A stretch of 61,748 nucleotides of DNA, counting the filler, from Globobulimina sp. (taxonomy: Eukaryota), in NCBI GenBank assembly GCA_003354225.1. It is 16 parts of 16 records of this genome, joined end to end, with 100 filler letters (N's around TTAATTAATTAA, not from the genome) between each part and the next. Parts side by side here need not be neighbours in the genome. Positions count along the whole stretch, not along the records: positions 1 to 3,769 come from PIVH01002127.1; positions 3,870 to 7,637 come from PIVH01002128.1; positions 7,738 to 11,505 come from PIVH01002129.1; 13 more parts are not named here. One strand, given 5' to 3'. Position 1 is the first letter of the stretch, and the number at the start of each line of letters is the position of its first letter. The notes under the pieces are model-generated. The model saw only the letters and a list, made by a program, of their open reading frames with translations, was not told the DNA's origin and did not search any database. Positions 1 through 11,605 of this stretch are shown here, in pieces. The position numbers and the translations under genes were made by a program.

Positions 1-1079
1 CTCAGACGCTGCACCGATTAATTTCGGTGAATGTATCTCTATAAAACCCTATTTTTGCATGCATGTTTTATAAAAATATTCCAAAAACACATAAAAATAG
101 TCATACCTCCGAGGTTAAATACTCCCTAAAAAACCTACCCACGCCAGCTTGCAGTCTGAATATCGCATGATTTGCAATGGTCCGCAAATCAATATACCGG
201 TTATCCAAACGTATTTTCTGTCCCACGTTGACAAATTTCTTCTCGTCATCTTCCTTGCTCTCCGGCCGCGAGGCATCATTTAATTCAAAGGGCAATTCAT
301 TTGCTTCTACATTTGCCACACAATAGATCTTCCGGACCATGATCTCAATCAATTGTAATTTATGCGGTGTGGCAGTCAATATCTTATCTTTAACAATGGT
401 CACCGTGCCATACACATCAATGATGGCTTCAGACTTGAGGCTGCTGCAATATTTCACCATCTCTTTGGGTGTGTTTTGATTCGTTTCCACCACAGCTTGA
501 ATCTTACAAAACGAACGGCGTATTAATATAAATACTCGTTTGCCCACTTTACGCACAGTGTCGGCACGGCCGCGGATTAACACATTCTTGCCTTGCAAAT
601 CTGGACTCAAATCTTGTAACTCAGTCCAGACTCTGTTGGTCTGTGGAAGGGAGAAAAAAAAAGAAATTTCCGGATAATTTGTTGGTGAAAATTATTGTTT
701 TTGTCATAACTCTGTAGTGCGACTGATTGAATATTAAATCACCAAAATTACCATCGTCTGGATGGCGTAACGATGGTTTGGATTTTGATTGTTGCCTTTG
801 ACGTGCTGCTATACGTTCGGCTTTGGATAATTTCTTTTTTTTCTCTTTTTTTGGTTTTTGTTGTTGTTGTTTTTGTTGTTTTTGTTCAGAAGCCATTAGG
901 TGTGGATTGTCGTAGGTGACGGGATCGAAGTTGGTTGGAGCTGATAGGTCTATAAATGTAGCGAATGAGAGGTGTTGTGTGTATTGGAGATGGTATTTGA
1001 ATGTGATGGGTTTGTGGATGAATTGATGGACTGATGATAGAGTTATTGGGTGTTTGATGATTCGACGAAAATGAAGCAT
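1..1079 (-). CDS. DARS1: Aspartate--tRNA ligase (cytosolic type), 5' part, cut by contig end; introns 641..710 and 49..106
   Basis: Lys-rich N-terminus, OB-fold (VLIRGRADTVRKVGKRVFILIR), then RLDNRYIDLRT..AIFRLQAGVGRFFREYL|GFIEIHSPKLIGAASE (class II motif 1). Both GT-AG introns restore the frame. Confidence 0.93.
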
Positions 1080-1203
1080 CAAAAACTTTAATTTTGAGCG
1101 ATGATGGAAGAATAATGAGATAGTATTGAAGTTGTGTCATATCGATCAATTAATGCATGGTTATAGAGCAATCAACAATGTTATTAAAGTTTGAAATTAG
1201 TTT

Positions 1204-1959
1204 TTATGATATTTTGTAAATAATTGCAAGGGCAGTGATACAAACTACAATTTGCAGAAGCCGGTTAAATAGAGCTTTTCCAATAGTTTTGAAGCTTGCT
1301 ATGCATTGGAAAAATAAGATTAATAATAATACTGATTCTACGATGGTTACAAATGATGTTATTTTCTTAGTTATTGCTTGTTTGCATTCCAAAGGATTTT
1401 TATCCCAAAAGGAAGCTGTTTGTTCACTTATTTCAGCACATATTTCTGGTTCAGTTTGGCCCTGAAAATATAAATCCGATAAATATGGCGTTAATATGTT
1501 TAAATGAATAAAATATATTCCATTTAAATAGGTATCAAATGATAATAAATCAAACGGAATTATTAATCCGTAATATATGATTAACATAATTAGAAAATAC
1601 ATGATTAATTTCAATGATTTATAATATATTTTTTGATCGGTTTGTAGTTTATGACTATAATATGTTGCATTTACTTTTAACTCCCATCCATTGTCATAAT
1701 ATTGACATGTTTGTTGGTGATAAAATTCTGGTGATTTACAAATGTTTGATAATGGGATTGTTGTTGGTTTATTGTAATAGCATTTAACACCATAAAAGTT
1801 GTATTGTTCAGATATATTAAATTCATTCTTAAGGATATTATTCAATTCATTTACTTCCATGTTTTTATAAACACCGATACACTGTGATTGTCCATTCAAA
1901 TTAAATTGAATGGGGAAAGTATCAGAGATTATGGACTCATTTGATGACTGCAGCTGCAT
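1204..1959 (-). CDS. Hypothetical membrane protein (2-3 TM segments)
   Basis: 251-aa ATG ORF with hydrophobic stretches and a Cys-pair segment (EICAEIS...FW..NP.EC). Confidence 0.6.
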   Translation of the reverse strand: MQLQSSNESIISDTFPIQFNLNGQSQCIGVYKNMEVNELNNILKNEFNISEQYNFYGVKCYYNKPTTIPLSNICKSPEFYHQQTCQYYDNGWELKVNATYYSHKLQTDQKIYYKSLKLIMYFLIMLIIYYGLIIPFDLLSFDTYLNGIYFIHLNILTPYLSDLYFQGQTEPEICAEISEQTASFWDKNPLECKQAITKKITSFVTIVESVLLLILFFQCIASFKTIGKALFNRLLQIVVCITALAIIYKIS

Positions 1960-2201
1960 GTTTCATTTAAGTATCAGAGATTATGGACTAAGTGTCACAG
2001 TGCAAACCATTATTTTGAAGCAATATTACAAAGCAACAGAGCTGAATATTTATGTCCAATCATTTGAAAAAAAAGAAAGATAAAAATATTAATTAAAATC
2101 CAGGAAATTCAGAATGCTGCGAAATTACTATGGAAAGTAGGTACACAAATTTGGAGCAAAGTTGTGTGAGCCTGGAATGAGATTTATAAAAAATGCAATT
2201 A

Positions 2202-3415
2202 TTAAATATTATAATCCTCGCAATATTCACGGTGTTTCCCAGCGGTCCAATCATATTTTTGACATCTCCGACTGCAGTATACATATATTTTGCATCCTGA
2301 ACATTTTCTTAACTTCTTGTTGGACACTAAAATCCTTTGATCTTTCCATTTCAAAGAAGCACATACTTCGCACCTTCTCCGTCCTTTAATTCGATAATAT
2401 TCCTTCTTACTGACGCAATAATCAAAAAATCTCTCTTTATCAAATGGTATAAACCATTTAGATGGATGTATCTTATCTAAATTCAATTTTTTCCATAACA
2501 ACACATTTCCACACAACTTATTTTCATAATCAATCAATTTATTTTTGTTTTCACACATTATCTTAATTGATTCCTGTAAATGTGTTCTGTTTCTTATTAT
2601 TTGTTGCAAATTTACGTTATTATCATTCTCATCAATCCGTAACCTCCCAATCAACCTATCCATTGCATTCAAAATATCCATTTTGTGCCTTGTTAGTATA
2701 TAATATTTGCAGTCAAAACACGAATAAAAAAAATTAATTTCTTTGTGCTCTGTTTTTTGTTGGTGTTTTGACTGCAATATGCGGAGTATTACTTTGTTGC
2801 GATATCGATATTATTCAATGAATGATCAATTGTGATGTTGAGTTCTTGCTGATAAACCAATAAAAAATTGCTATCTAACTCTTGATTATTTGTCTCAAAT
2901 CGATATGATGGATGAAAAGTAGATGCATCACTCTCTAGAAATGATTCTTGAGCTCCAGTAATAACTTGATACGCAAGTAATATTTCTCCGATGCAGTTGC
3001 ATTTAAATCCAATGCCCTTTGATAATCTGCAAAAAATTCTTTTTAATGAATCAAGCAATAACTTTGGAAATAAATTACATTGAGATATATATTTTTGGAA
3101 AGATGATGGAAACTTATATTTTTTAAACCAATTCTTCACCATATCATCAAAATTAGCATTAGCTAACTCACGTTCTTCCTCATCTTCAGATTCACGTTCA
3201 GATTGATATAATTTCGCTTCAATTATGCAAAATAAATGAACCATTCCATATGCTTCTAACCGACATGCCATTTTGGGGGATATATGTTTACAGATTGATT
3301 TATTTGATTCATTGTAAACACGAGAAAACTCTAAATCAGCTGGAATATTCATTTTCCATTTGCCACATATTTTGATGTTGGAAAATGTGAGCTTCGAAGA
3401 AAAAAACAGAGGCAT
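2202..3415 (-). CDS. MYND zinc-finger protein; two exons (intron 2689..2792); start at 3415 or 3352
   Basis: C-terminal CEVC...KCSGCKIYVYCSRRCQKYDW..KHREYC. The GTAATA..AAG intron joins ORFs 2789..3415 and 2202..2777 in frame (DIATK-HKMD). Confidence 0.8.
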
Positions 3416-3476
3416 TCAGCGTCTTATTCGAAGAAAAACTTTCTGCGTTAAAAAAATCAAAAATCCATAGCCAATC

Positions 3477-3769
3477 ATGAAACTGTTTGCTTTAATCCTA
3501 TCCCTAGTTATTATAGCCATTAAATCTGATGTTGAATACAAGTTATTTTCATCTATAATATTAATTTCTAATCTGTATTACTTATATTTTACCTGATCAC
3601 ACAGGGCAGAATTAGTAACATGTAGTGGATGAAAGTTAAATAAAAAACCAGAGGTCAAACGCTTTGTAAAAAAGGTATAGCCATATTCAATATCCTTGCA
3701 CACACAACACATCATTACCTGTTATATTTCCCTTATTCCATTACTTAGCAATGTGGCACCAAACGTTCC
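3477..3769 (+). CDS. Selenoprotein M/F (Sep15/SelM family)-like protein, 5' part; Sec TGA at 3630..3632
   Basis: Signal peptide MKLFALILSLVIIAIKS, intron 3542..3604, then AELVTCSG(TGA)KLNKKPEVKRFVKK, matching the SelM-type CxxU-x-LN..EVKxFV pattern. Next donor at 3676. Confidence 0.85.
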
Positions 3770-3869
3770 NNNNNNNNNNNNNNNNNNNNNNNNNNNNNNN
3801 NNNNNNNNNNNNNTTAATTAATTAANNNNNNNNNNNNNNNNNNNNNNNNNNNNNNNNNNNNNNNNNNNN
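3770..3869. other. Artificial 100-bp contig linker (six-frame stop). Also at 7638, 11506, 15373, 19240, 23107, 26974, 30841, 34706, 38571, 42436, 46299, 50162, 54025 and 57887
   Basis: N44-TTAATTAATTAA-N44 repeated identically 15 times; genes are cut at the linkers. Confidence 0.99.
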
Positions 3870-4317
3870 CTAAATCATATCAATTTGGTTTATGTGTATT
3901 ATTGGATATTTTGAGTTTATTAGAAACAAGAAATAAAATAAAATGCTCCTTATATGGTGTATGGAAGGGTGGAGATCGAAGAAGTTGGCTTTTTTATGTG
4001 TATTCATCAATATCATCATTATTAATTAGTAAATATAAAGAAATAACAACATCAATACAGGAAACAATGAATGCACGTGGTCGTAGACAAGATTTATTAA
4101 TATTTGAATGTGAATGAATATCTAAATATGAATCACTCATTAAATACAATTTATATTTTTCTTTTTCTTTTTGTGCTGTCTGTGTTTTAAATGTGGCGTT
4201 AAATGTTTGTATTTTCCGTTTCATTGTAAATCTTTTTAATTAATAAAAACTAATTTATTTGTTTGTGGATGACGACGATTAAAAACAACTTTTTTTTTAG
4301 CAAACTCAGCTGACAGC

Positions 4318-7300
4318 ATGTCTGATTCAGCACAATCAGCGTATTGGCTCAGCTCAGATGCAGAGAACGATGAAACACAGACCAACAATTCCAAGCAAAC
4401 CACCAACACCAACACAGACACACTCTCAAACAACAAAGCAGATAACAGCACCAATAACCAATCCGCAACAACAAAATCTTGCAAAGCATCTGGCAAAAAA
4501 CGGTGCCAACATCAAGTCAATTTATCACCATCAACAGTTCGAAAAAGTTAAGCAAAATAATTTCTATTCATCTGATCTGCCAATCGGTGACATACTGTAC
4601 ACACATATATACGTACAAAATCTCAGAAAAACGACGGTTAAATAACAATAATCACAGCAATACAAATGGTACTCATCATCATCAAAATCACGACAAAAAG
4701 AACGCCGTTTTGAGTGTGCGGCATCATAGCCATTCCTCACAAAATGGGCAAACAGTCGCAAGCCATACGCAGAAGGCACATAATTTGCATTCAATCACCA
4801 AATTCAAAACATCCATGTTATACGATATTCAGTCCATTATTGCTGCCAAAATACATCCGGTTTAGTGCTCGCAGTTTTTTTTTCTTTTCTTTTTTTTTTA
4901 CATTTTTACACGTTTTCCCCATGGACTTTTGACCTTAATTTTTATGCATTTTTTTTTAATTATTTTGCCAGGACAATGTACGAAAAAAAGTGAAATGTTA
5001 TTGTTGCGGCGGTCTGTCCATTTTAAGAGATATGAATGGTTTAAATAGCTATAAATTGTGCGATTATTACTATTGCAGTCAATGTATGATTATAAATCGA
5101 GACATTTTGGATATTTTAAATGAAATGAACGAATGTGACAATTTTGAGAATAAATATATAATGCAAGTTTTTTGGAATAATGAAAAACAATGGAAATCTG
5201 CCAAAATTATCTCCATTTCGCTGAAAACCAAAACCAAAAACAAAAATAGCATGGAAGTGGATGAGGAGGAGAATGGCGAAGAAGATGACGACATTGACGG
5301 TAATAATGAGATTACCATTATTTATTTAGAAAATGAGATGGAAGACACCATCAATATCGACGACAATGACATGAGCCTTCGATTTATCACCAATTCACAG
5401 GACAAAGCATGCAAAATCTTGGTATGTGTGGCATAAAAAAACAATTTGCAACAGACTCAATCCAATGTAATGTGCATAGGAATTAATGGACGAGTCATTG
5501 GATGATCTCTCCATCGATGCATTTGAGGATAAAAGGAATAATAAAATCCTGTATTTCGAAGCCGCAGACGAGACATTGTTGCAATATCTCGTAAAATATC
5601 GAAAAAAGTCCTATTTACATTGCAAATGGCTGAGCTATGCCGATTTGGTGGGTGTTGTGGACGAATATTTGCAGAACAAAGAGAAGCAAAAAGATGAAGA
5701 CGGTGATGTCCATATTACTGCGCACAAAAAACACAAACATAAACACAAAAAAAGCAAAGAAGAGAACAGCAAATTAATGACTGATTTAGTACGAATTGTG
5801 AGGAAATGGAGAAAGGACGGTCGGCCCAATAAATATTATAATAACAATAGCGATGATTTAGACGCAATGTATGAGATAAATTATTACGACCCTTCGTGTG
5901 TGCAAATTGACCGCATCATCAATCACAAAACGATCAAAATCAAGAAAAAAAAGTCGCAAACTCAAAGCAAAAAACAAACCAAACGGTATTTGGTGAAATG
6001 GAAAGCTTTGCCGTATGAAGAATGTTCGTGGGAATTAATTGCCGATTTAACTGCATTTAATCCCCAGAATGCCAATGAAGCCGTGTTGAAATATCACACT
6101 TTGCTCCAAAACCTGCAAAAACAGAGCCAGAACAATGGAAAAAGCCAAAAGATAAAACCCGCGCCGCTCAATGGACACTTATCGAATCTGATATCGTTGA
6201 ACAACGGCTTGCAATTAAAAGACTATCAAAAGGAAGGCGTAGATTGGATTTGTTATAATTGGCACGAAAATCGCAGCGTGTTGTTGTGCGACGAGATGGG
6301 TTTAGGCAAAACCTGTCAAACCATCTGTTTCTTGCAATATTTGCATTGCATTCACGATGAGAATGGTCCTTTTTTAGTGATCGCGCCGTTGTCCACTTTG
6401 ATTCATTGGCGGAGAGAGATTGAACGATTTAGCACTATGTACTCGGTGATATTTCAAGGCAACAAAGCGTCGCGGACTGTGATCCAAGAAAACGAGTTTT
6501 ATGTCCACAAAAAGGAGCGGTTTAAGTTCAATGTCTTGATCTGTTCATACGATATGGCGATGAGTGAGAAAGCAAAGTTATCCAAAATGAAGTTCAAAGT
6601 GATTGTGATCGACGAAGCGCATCGGATTAAAAACCGCGAATCCAAATTATACCAAGTCTTGCAAAGAGAGTACGAGTGCAAAAAAAACAAAATGTACAAG
6701 GTATTATTGACAGGAACGCCCATTCAAAACAACGTGGAGGAATTTTGGAGTTTGTTGAATTTCATTGATAACAAAAATTTCAACGATTTGCAGTCCTTCG
6801 AAAGCAAATATGGCACCATCACCAAATTGGAGCAGTTGGACGGATTGAGGCAAATGTTGGGATCGCACGTACTGCGCCGCCTGAAATGCGATGTGGAGAA
6901 ACAATTATTGCCGCGCAGCGAGATGATAATCTATGTGGAACTGACCAAATGTCAAAAGGCGTTCTATCGCGCCGTGTACGAGAAGAACGTCGACATTTTA
7001 TTCAAAAAGACCAAAAAACTGAAATCCTTACGCAACATTGCCATGACTCTACGCAAAGTCTGTTTGCATCCGTATCTGTTGCAAGGCGCCGAAAAGGAAG
7101 AACTGAGTCGGAAACACATCAAATTGCCGCCCGATTTGAAGGAAAAGCAGCACAATAAACAGGAGGATGACTATGATAACAAAGACGACGTACTGCAACA
7201 TTTGGTGTCCGTGTCTGGCAAATTTGTGTTGATCGACAAGTTATTGTCCAAATTGAAGGAGGAAGGCCACAAAATCTTAATCTATTCGCAGTTCACCTCT

Positions 7301-7637
7301 TTGTTGGACATCTTGGAAGATTATCTTTTATGGAAACAGTACGAATTTGAGCGCATCGACGGTACCACGTCGCTGAGCTCGCGGCAGGAATCCATTGACA
7401 ATTTCAGCGACGTCGCCAACACGCAATGCTTTATATTTTTATTGTCGACGCGAGCCGGCGGCGTAGGCATTAACTTAATCGCTGCCGATACTGTGATCAT
7501 ATTCGACTCGGACTGGAATCCGCAAAACGACATCCAAGCACAGTCGCGCTGCCACAGAATCGGACAGAATAAAAAGGTATAAACTGCATATATATAATAT
7601 TGTAATTTGATATGCGTAGTGTCACATTTTTGCAGGT
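4318..7637 (+). CDS. CHD-family (chromodomain-SNF2) chromatin remodeler, multi-exon, 3' end cut by contig end
   Basis: Two chromodomains (YLVKYRKKSYLHCKW; YLVKWKALPYEECSWE), DEMGLGKT, DEAH, LTGTPIQN, LRKVCLHPYL, LSTRAGGVGINL, SDWNPQNDIQAQSRCHRIGQ. The 5' exons (4318-5420) are approximate. Confidence 0.92.
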
Positions 7638-8013
7638 NNNNNNNNNNNNNNNNNNNNNNNNNNNNNNNNNNNNNNNNNNNNTTAATTAATTAANNNNNNN
7701 NNNNNNNNNNNNNNNNNNNNNNNNNNNNNNNNNNNNNACTTGTGAAGCATTCTAAAAAAGATGTATTATAATAATTATAATGGTTTGTAGTTATATATAA
7801 GCACTGAACGATATATCCCATTGGATAACCCCCACATTTGTATACATATCGATCAATATAAAGTTTGCATTAACAGATTAACTTTGCAAACCCAATGCAA
7901 ACCCAATATTAAATCATATACAAAATATCGACTAGGTGTAGTTTTCTATTAAAATTAAACGCATCGTTAAAGCAAGTCTCTGAAGCGATCGGATTTGTTA
8001 AATATCTCAGACC

Positions 8014-8682
8014 ATGTCACTAAAAAAATCGTTTGCATATCAGTTTCAATATATTGTAGTTGGAGAAACAAATATTGGTAAAACATGTTTGCTGTTACAA
8101 TTTACAACAAAGAAATTCTCCACGCAATATGAAGTCACAGTAGGTGTAGATTTTGGAACCACAACGATAGAAATCGATAGGTCAACTCGATTAAAATTAC
8201 AAATTTGGGACACATCGGGCCAGGACGCATTTCAATCAATAACGCGTTCGTATTATAGAAGCGCAATCATGGCATTATTAGTATATGATATAACGCGACA
8301 AGATTCTTTCGAGAAATTGAATTTTTGGATGAGTAAATTGCGCGAAGATGGACAGGATGATCTACTTATAATGTTAGTGGGTAATAAATGCGATTTAGAG
8401 CATAAACGGCAAATACCCAAATCTCGCGGTAAACAATTCGCGTCAAACAATGCTTTATTTGGTTTTATTGAAACTTCTGCAAAAACTTCACATAATGTGG
8501 ATGAAGCATTTAGCAGACCTGCAAAATATTTGTTTCATCAAATACAAAATAAAACTATTAATCTCACCGATGGCAAACATCAAGGTATAACCATTGGACC
8601 CGATATGAAAGCACAATATGTCTCATTAGGCGATGATTTTAATAAAACTAAAAAATCAAATTGTGCCTGTCAACTCTTATAA
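8014..8682 (+). CDS. Rab GTPase, divergent Rab2-like, intronless
   Basis: GETNIGKT, TVGVDFG, KLQIWDTSGQ, SITRSYYR, GNKCDL, ETSAK and C-terminal CACQLL. Confidence 0.92.
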   Translation: MSLKKSFAYQFQYIVVGETNIGKTCLLLQFTTKKFSTQYEVTVGVDFGTTTIEIDRSTRLKLQIWDTSGQDAFQSITRSYYRSAIMALLVYDITRQDSFEKLNFWMSKLREDGQDDLLIMLVGNKCDLEHKRQIPKSRGKQFASNNALFGFIETSAKTSHNVDEAFSRPAKYLFHQIQNKTINLTDGKHQGITIGPDMKAQYVSLGDDFNKTKKSNCACQLL

Positions 8683-8793
8683 GTGTGCTGTGTATAATAT
8701 TATTGTGTTAAATAGGGAGGTTCTCACTAAGTATCAACTTTCATCCTTGCACTTTAAAAAGACAAAGTAAAAACAGTATCTCACTGATTAGTT

Positions 8794-10565
8794 ATGGATA
8801 TCATTGATTTGACTACAGGTAAAACACCTGAATTGTACAATGGAATTACCAAAAGAACGCATAATTACTTACGACATCGATTAGGAACAGATTGGCATTA
8901 TGGTACAAAACAATTTGTGCACAATGCAGAATATGACGGGTATGACACATCACAAAGTGTTCCGGTCCCAAATAGTCCATTCTGGAAACATGACATCATC
9001 CGTGATCCACGCAATTGTATCTCCCATTAGTGCATAAAAACACCCGATATCACATCCAATTATATTAATGCAAACCAACCATTACAGAAATCTTTATATT
9101 CTGACACTATTCGTATTGAAGAGGCGAAAAAGAAATTGTCATCACATAATAGGAGTGTTCATAAATCACGTAAATATTTTCTTGATTTACAGAGTGCATC
9201 CTCGCAATGTATGCGTGCTATAGATCCGAATGATTATAATATTACTCAGGTTGAGTTATGTGAGGATGAGATCCAATTAACTTCTATTAATATAAATAAA
9301 TCGTATACAAATTTAATTTGTCCTAATTGTAATATTTACTTTCAATCAATACCTGTCGGAATAAACGAAATATATTTAATATGTTTTAATTATCCGTATT
9401 GTAAATATCCCATTAATCAAAGCGATTTCCACACACGTTTTAAATGGACAAATGTGAAATATGTTGGACCCGTCAAATATACAGCAAACCTACACTTTGA
9501 TACACAATTTATACGAAATAATAATATTAAACAAGAGAAATTATACAAAAGAATGAAAAAAAAAGAATTATCATTCAATGCTGTTGTTTCAACGAAAAGA
9601 ATGAGGAATAATACTATCGATAATAATAGTGACAGTGAACCAAAATGCAAAAAAAGAAAATTGAATAAAAATGCGGAAATCGCATGTATTTGTGGTGATT
9701 TTTTGGCAGAAACAACTTGTGTGGAATGTTATGGTGAAGAGAGGGTAGAATGTAATGAATGTGATATTGAAATATGTGATAAGTTGCAAGTTATTTATCA
9801 TTGTAATAAAGAGAATTTTAATATGAAAAATCATAAAAATGGCTTTGATTTATGTCAGAAATGTGCATTAAAACGTAAACATAATCACAATATTAATAAT
9901 AACAGTGGCTCGGATGTAGAGATTTTATATTGCATTTGCCGGAAACCAGATAATGGTTTGGAGAATATGATTTGTTGTGATTTCTGTGATGAATGGTATC
10001 ATATTACATGTATTGGATTGGATTATAATAAATTTGTATCTGTACAAGAATCTGACTATAAATGTTTTAAATGTATCGGTGTGGATAATGGAAAGAAAAA
10101 AAAGAAGAAAAAAAGAAAAAGGAGAAAAAAAAAGAAATTTGACTTAATAAATGCGGATATTAAAATATTGAAACATGAATTTGATGAAAAATGTAATTTA
10201 TACAAATTTAAAATTAAGAAATCAAAGAATGATAATGTAACTCAATGGTTTTATGGTATGTTTATGTTTCTAATCGAAAAATAAATAAATAAAATATTCA
10301 AATTAAAGGGGATGAAATTGATATTTCCAAAATTATAGTTTTCAAAAAATATTTGGAAACAAATAAATTATTATCAGTGGCAGAAATAATTGGTAATAAA
10401 GAGAGTTTTTTGGGCGACATGTTATTTGAAATAAAATGGAAAGGATTTAAACAAGGATTTGATGAATGGAAAAGTAATGATGATTTAATTGGCAATAATA
10501 TATATTCTGCATATTGTAAAAAAAATAATATTGTTAAGTTACATTGCTTGTACTTTTTTTATTGA
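8794..10565 (+). CDS. PHD-finger and chromodomain protein; multi-exon; in-frame TAG at 9028..9030
   Basis: YCICRKPD...MICCDFCDEWYHITCIGL...YKCFKC (PHD), then a downstream chromo-like exon (VAEIIG...FEIKWKGFKQGFDEW). The 5' extent is uncertain. Confidence 0.7.
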
Positions 10566-10935
10566 ATTAATTGTGATAAATATGATAAATATATAGATTG
10601 GTTGTGAAATAATTAAAGACGATGTGGATATTAATGATGATAAACAAATTTGTGGGTTGAAATCTCATTTTGTTGAGGATAGTGATGAGGAAAGTGTACG
10701 TATTATTGAATGAGAAGGATGCTAAAATTGATATAAACAATGAGGTGAATGATTGTTTGTAATCTACAAAAACACATATTTTTTTTTTTGTTTTTTTAAG
10801 AATCAATCAAAAAGGTACCCATATAATAAATTAAAATAAAACTTTTGTATGTAATTTTAACTAAGTTTTCGGCTTTTTTGTATTTGACTTTGCCTTCAAT
10901 CAAGTGCTCATTTAGTGCAAGGATCCAACATCACA

Positions 10936-11505
10936 ATGAATCGGAATAATTACATCAACTCTGAGATGCAAAACATCAAACGTGTTCAACAAAGCCTGCC
11001 AGTGTATGCATGGAAGAAAAGAATTGTTGAGGCAGTAAAATCGAATGCAATAACTTTAATTGTAGGCCAGACGGGCAGTGGCAAAACAACCCAAATACCC
11101 CAATATTTATTAGAATGGGATGAGATCACACCAATTTCTAAAATAGTATGTACGCAGCCACGTACAGTCGCAGCCCAATCAGTCGCACAGCGCGTAGCAG
11201 AAGAACAAGGCGAACAGACTGTAGGTTATGGCGTTGTCGGTTATCATATCCGATTAGATAAGAAAGTGCAAGAAAACGTAACCAAATTAGAATATATGAC
11301 CGAAGGTGTATTGTTACGCAAAGCAATGAGCTGCGACAACTTGGCTGCGTATAAAGTGGTAATCATTGACGAGGCTCACGAACGGACTGTAAATGCGGAT
11401 TTGTTGATGGGTTTTTTAAAGCGAATGGTTCGTGACCGCCCGAATGATTTACGTGTGATTATAATGAGTGCTACGTTGGACACTGAAAGGTTTAAAACCT
11501 ATTTC
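10936..11505 (+). CDS. DEAH-box RNA helicase (Prp43/DHX15-like family), 5' part
   Basis: LPVY, GQTGSGKTTQIPQY, CTQPR.VAA.SVA.RVAEE, YMTEGVLLR, IIDEAHER, IMSATLD. Confidence 0.93.
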
Positions 11506-11605
11506 NNNNNNNNNNNNNNNNNNNNNNNNNNNNNNNNNNNNNNNNNNNNTTAATTAATTAANNNNNNNNNNNNNNNNNNNNNNNNNNNNNNNNNNNNNNN
11601 NNNNN

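Noticed and set aside
3814-3825. Recurrent palindromic TTAATTAATTAA at ~3.87-kb spacing as a biological repeat or chromosome-breakage signal
   Set aside because: It is always centred in N-runs of identical length, so it is an artificial six-frame stop linker.
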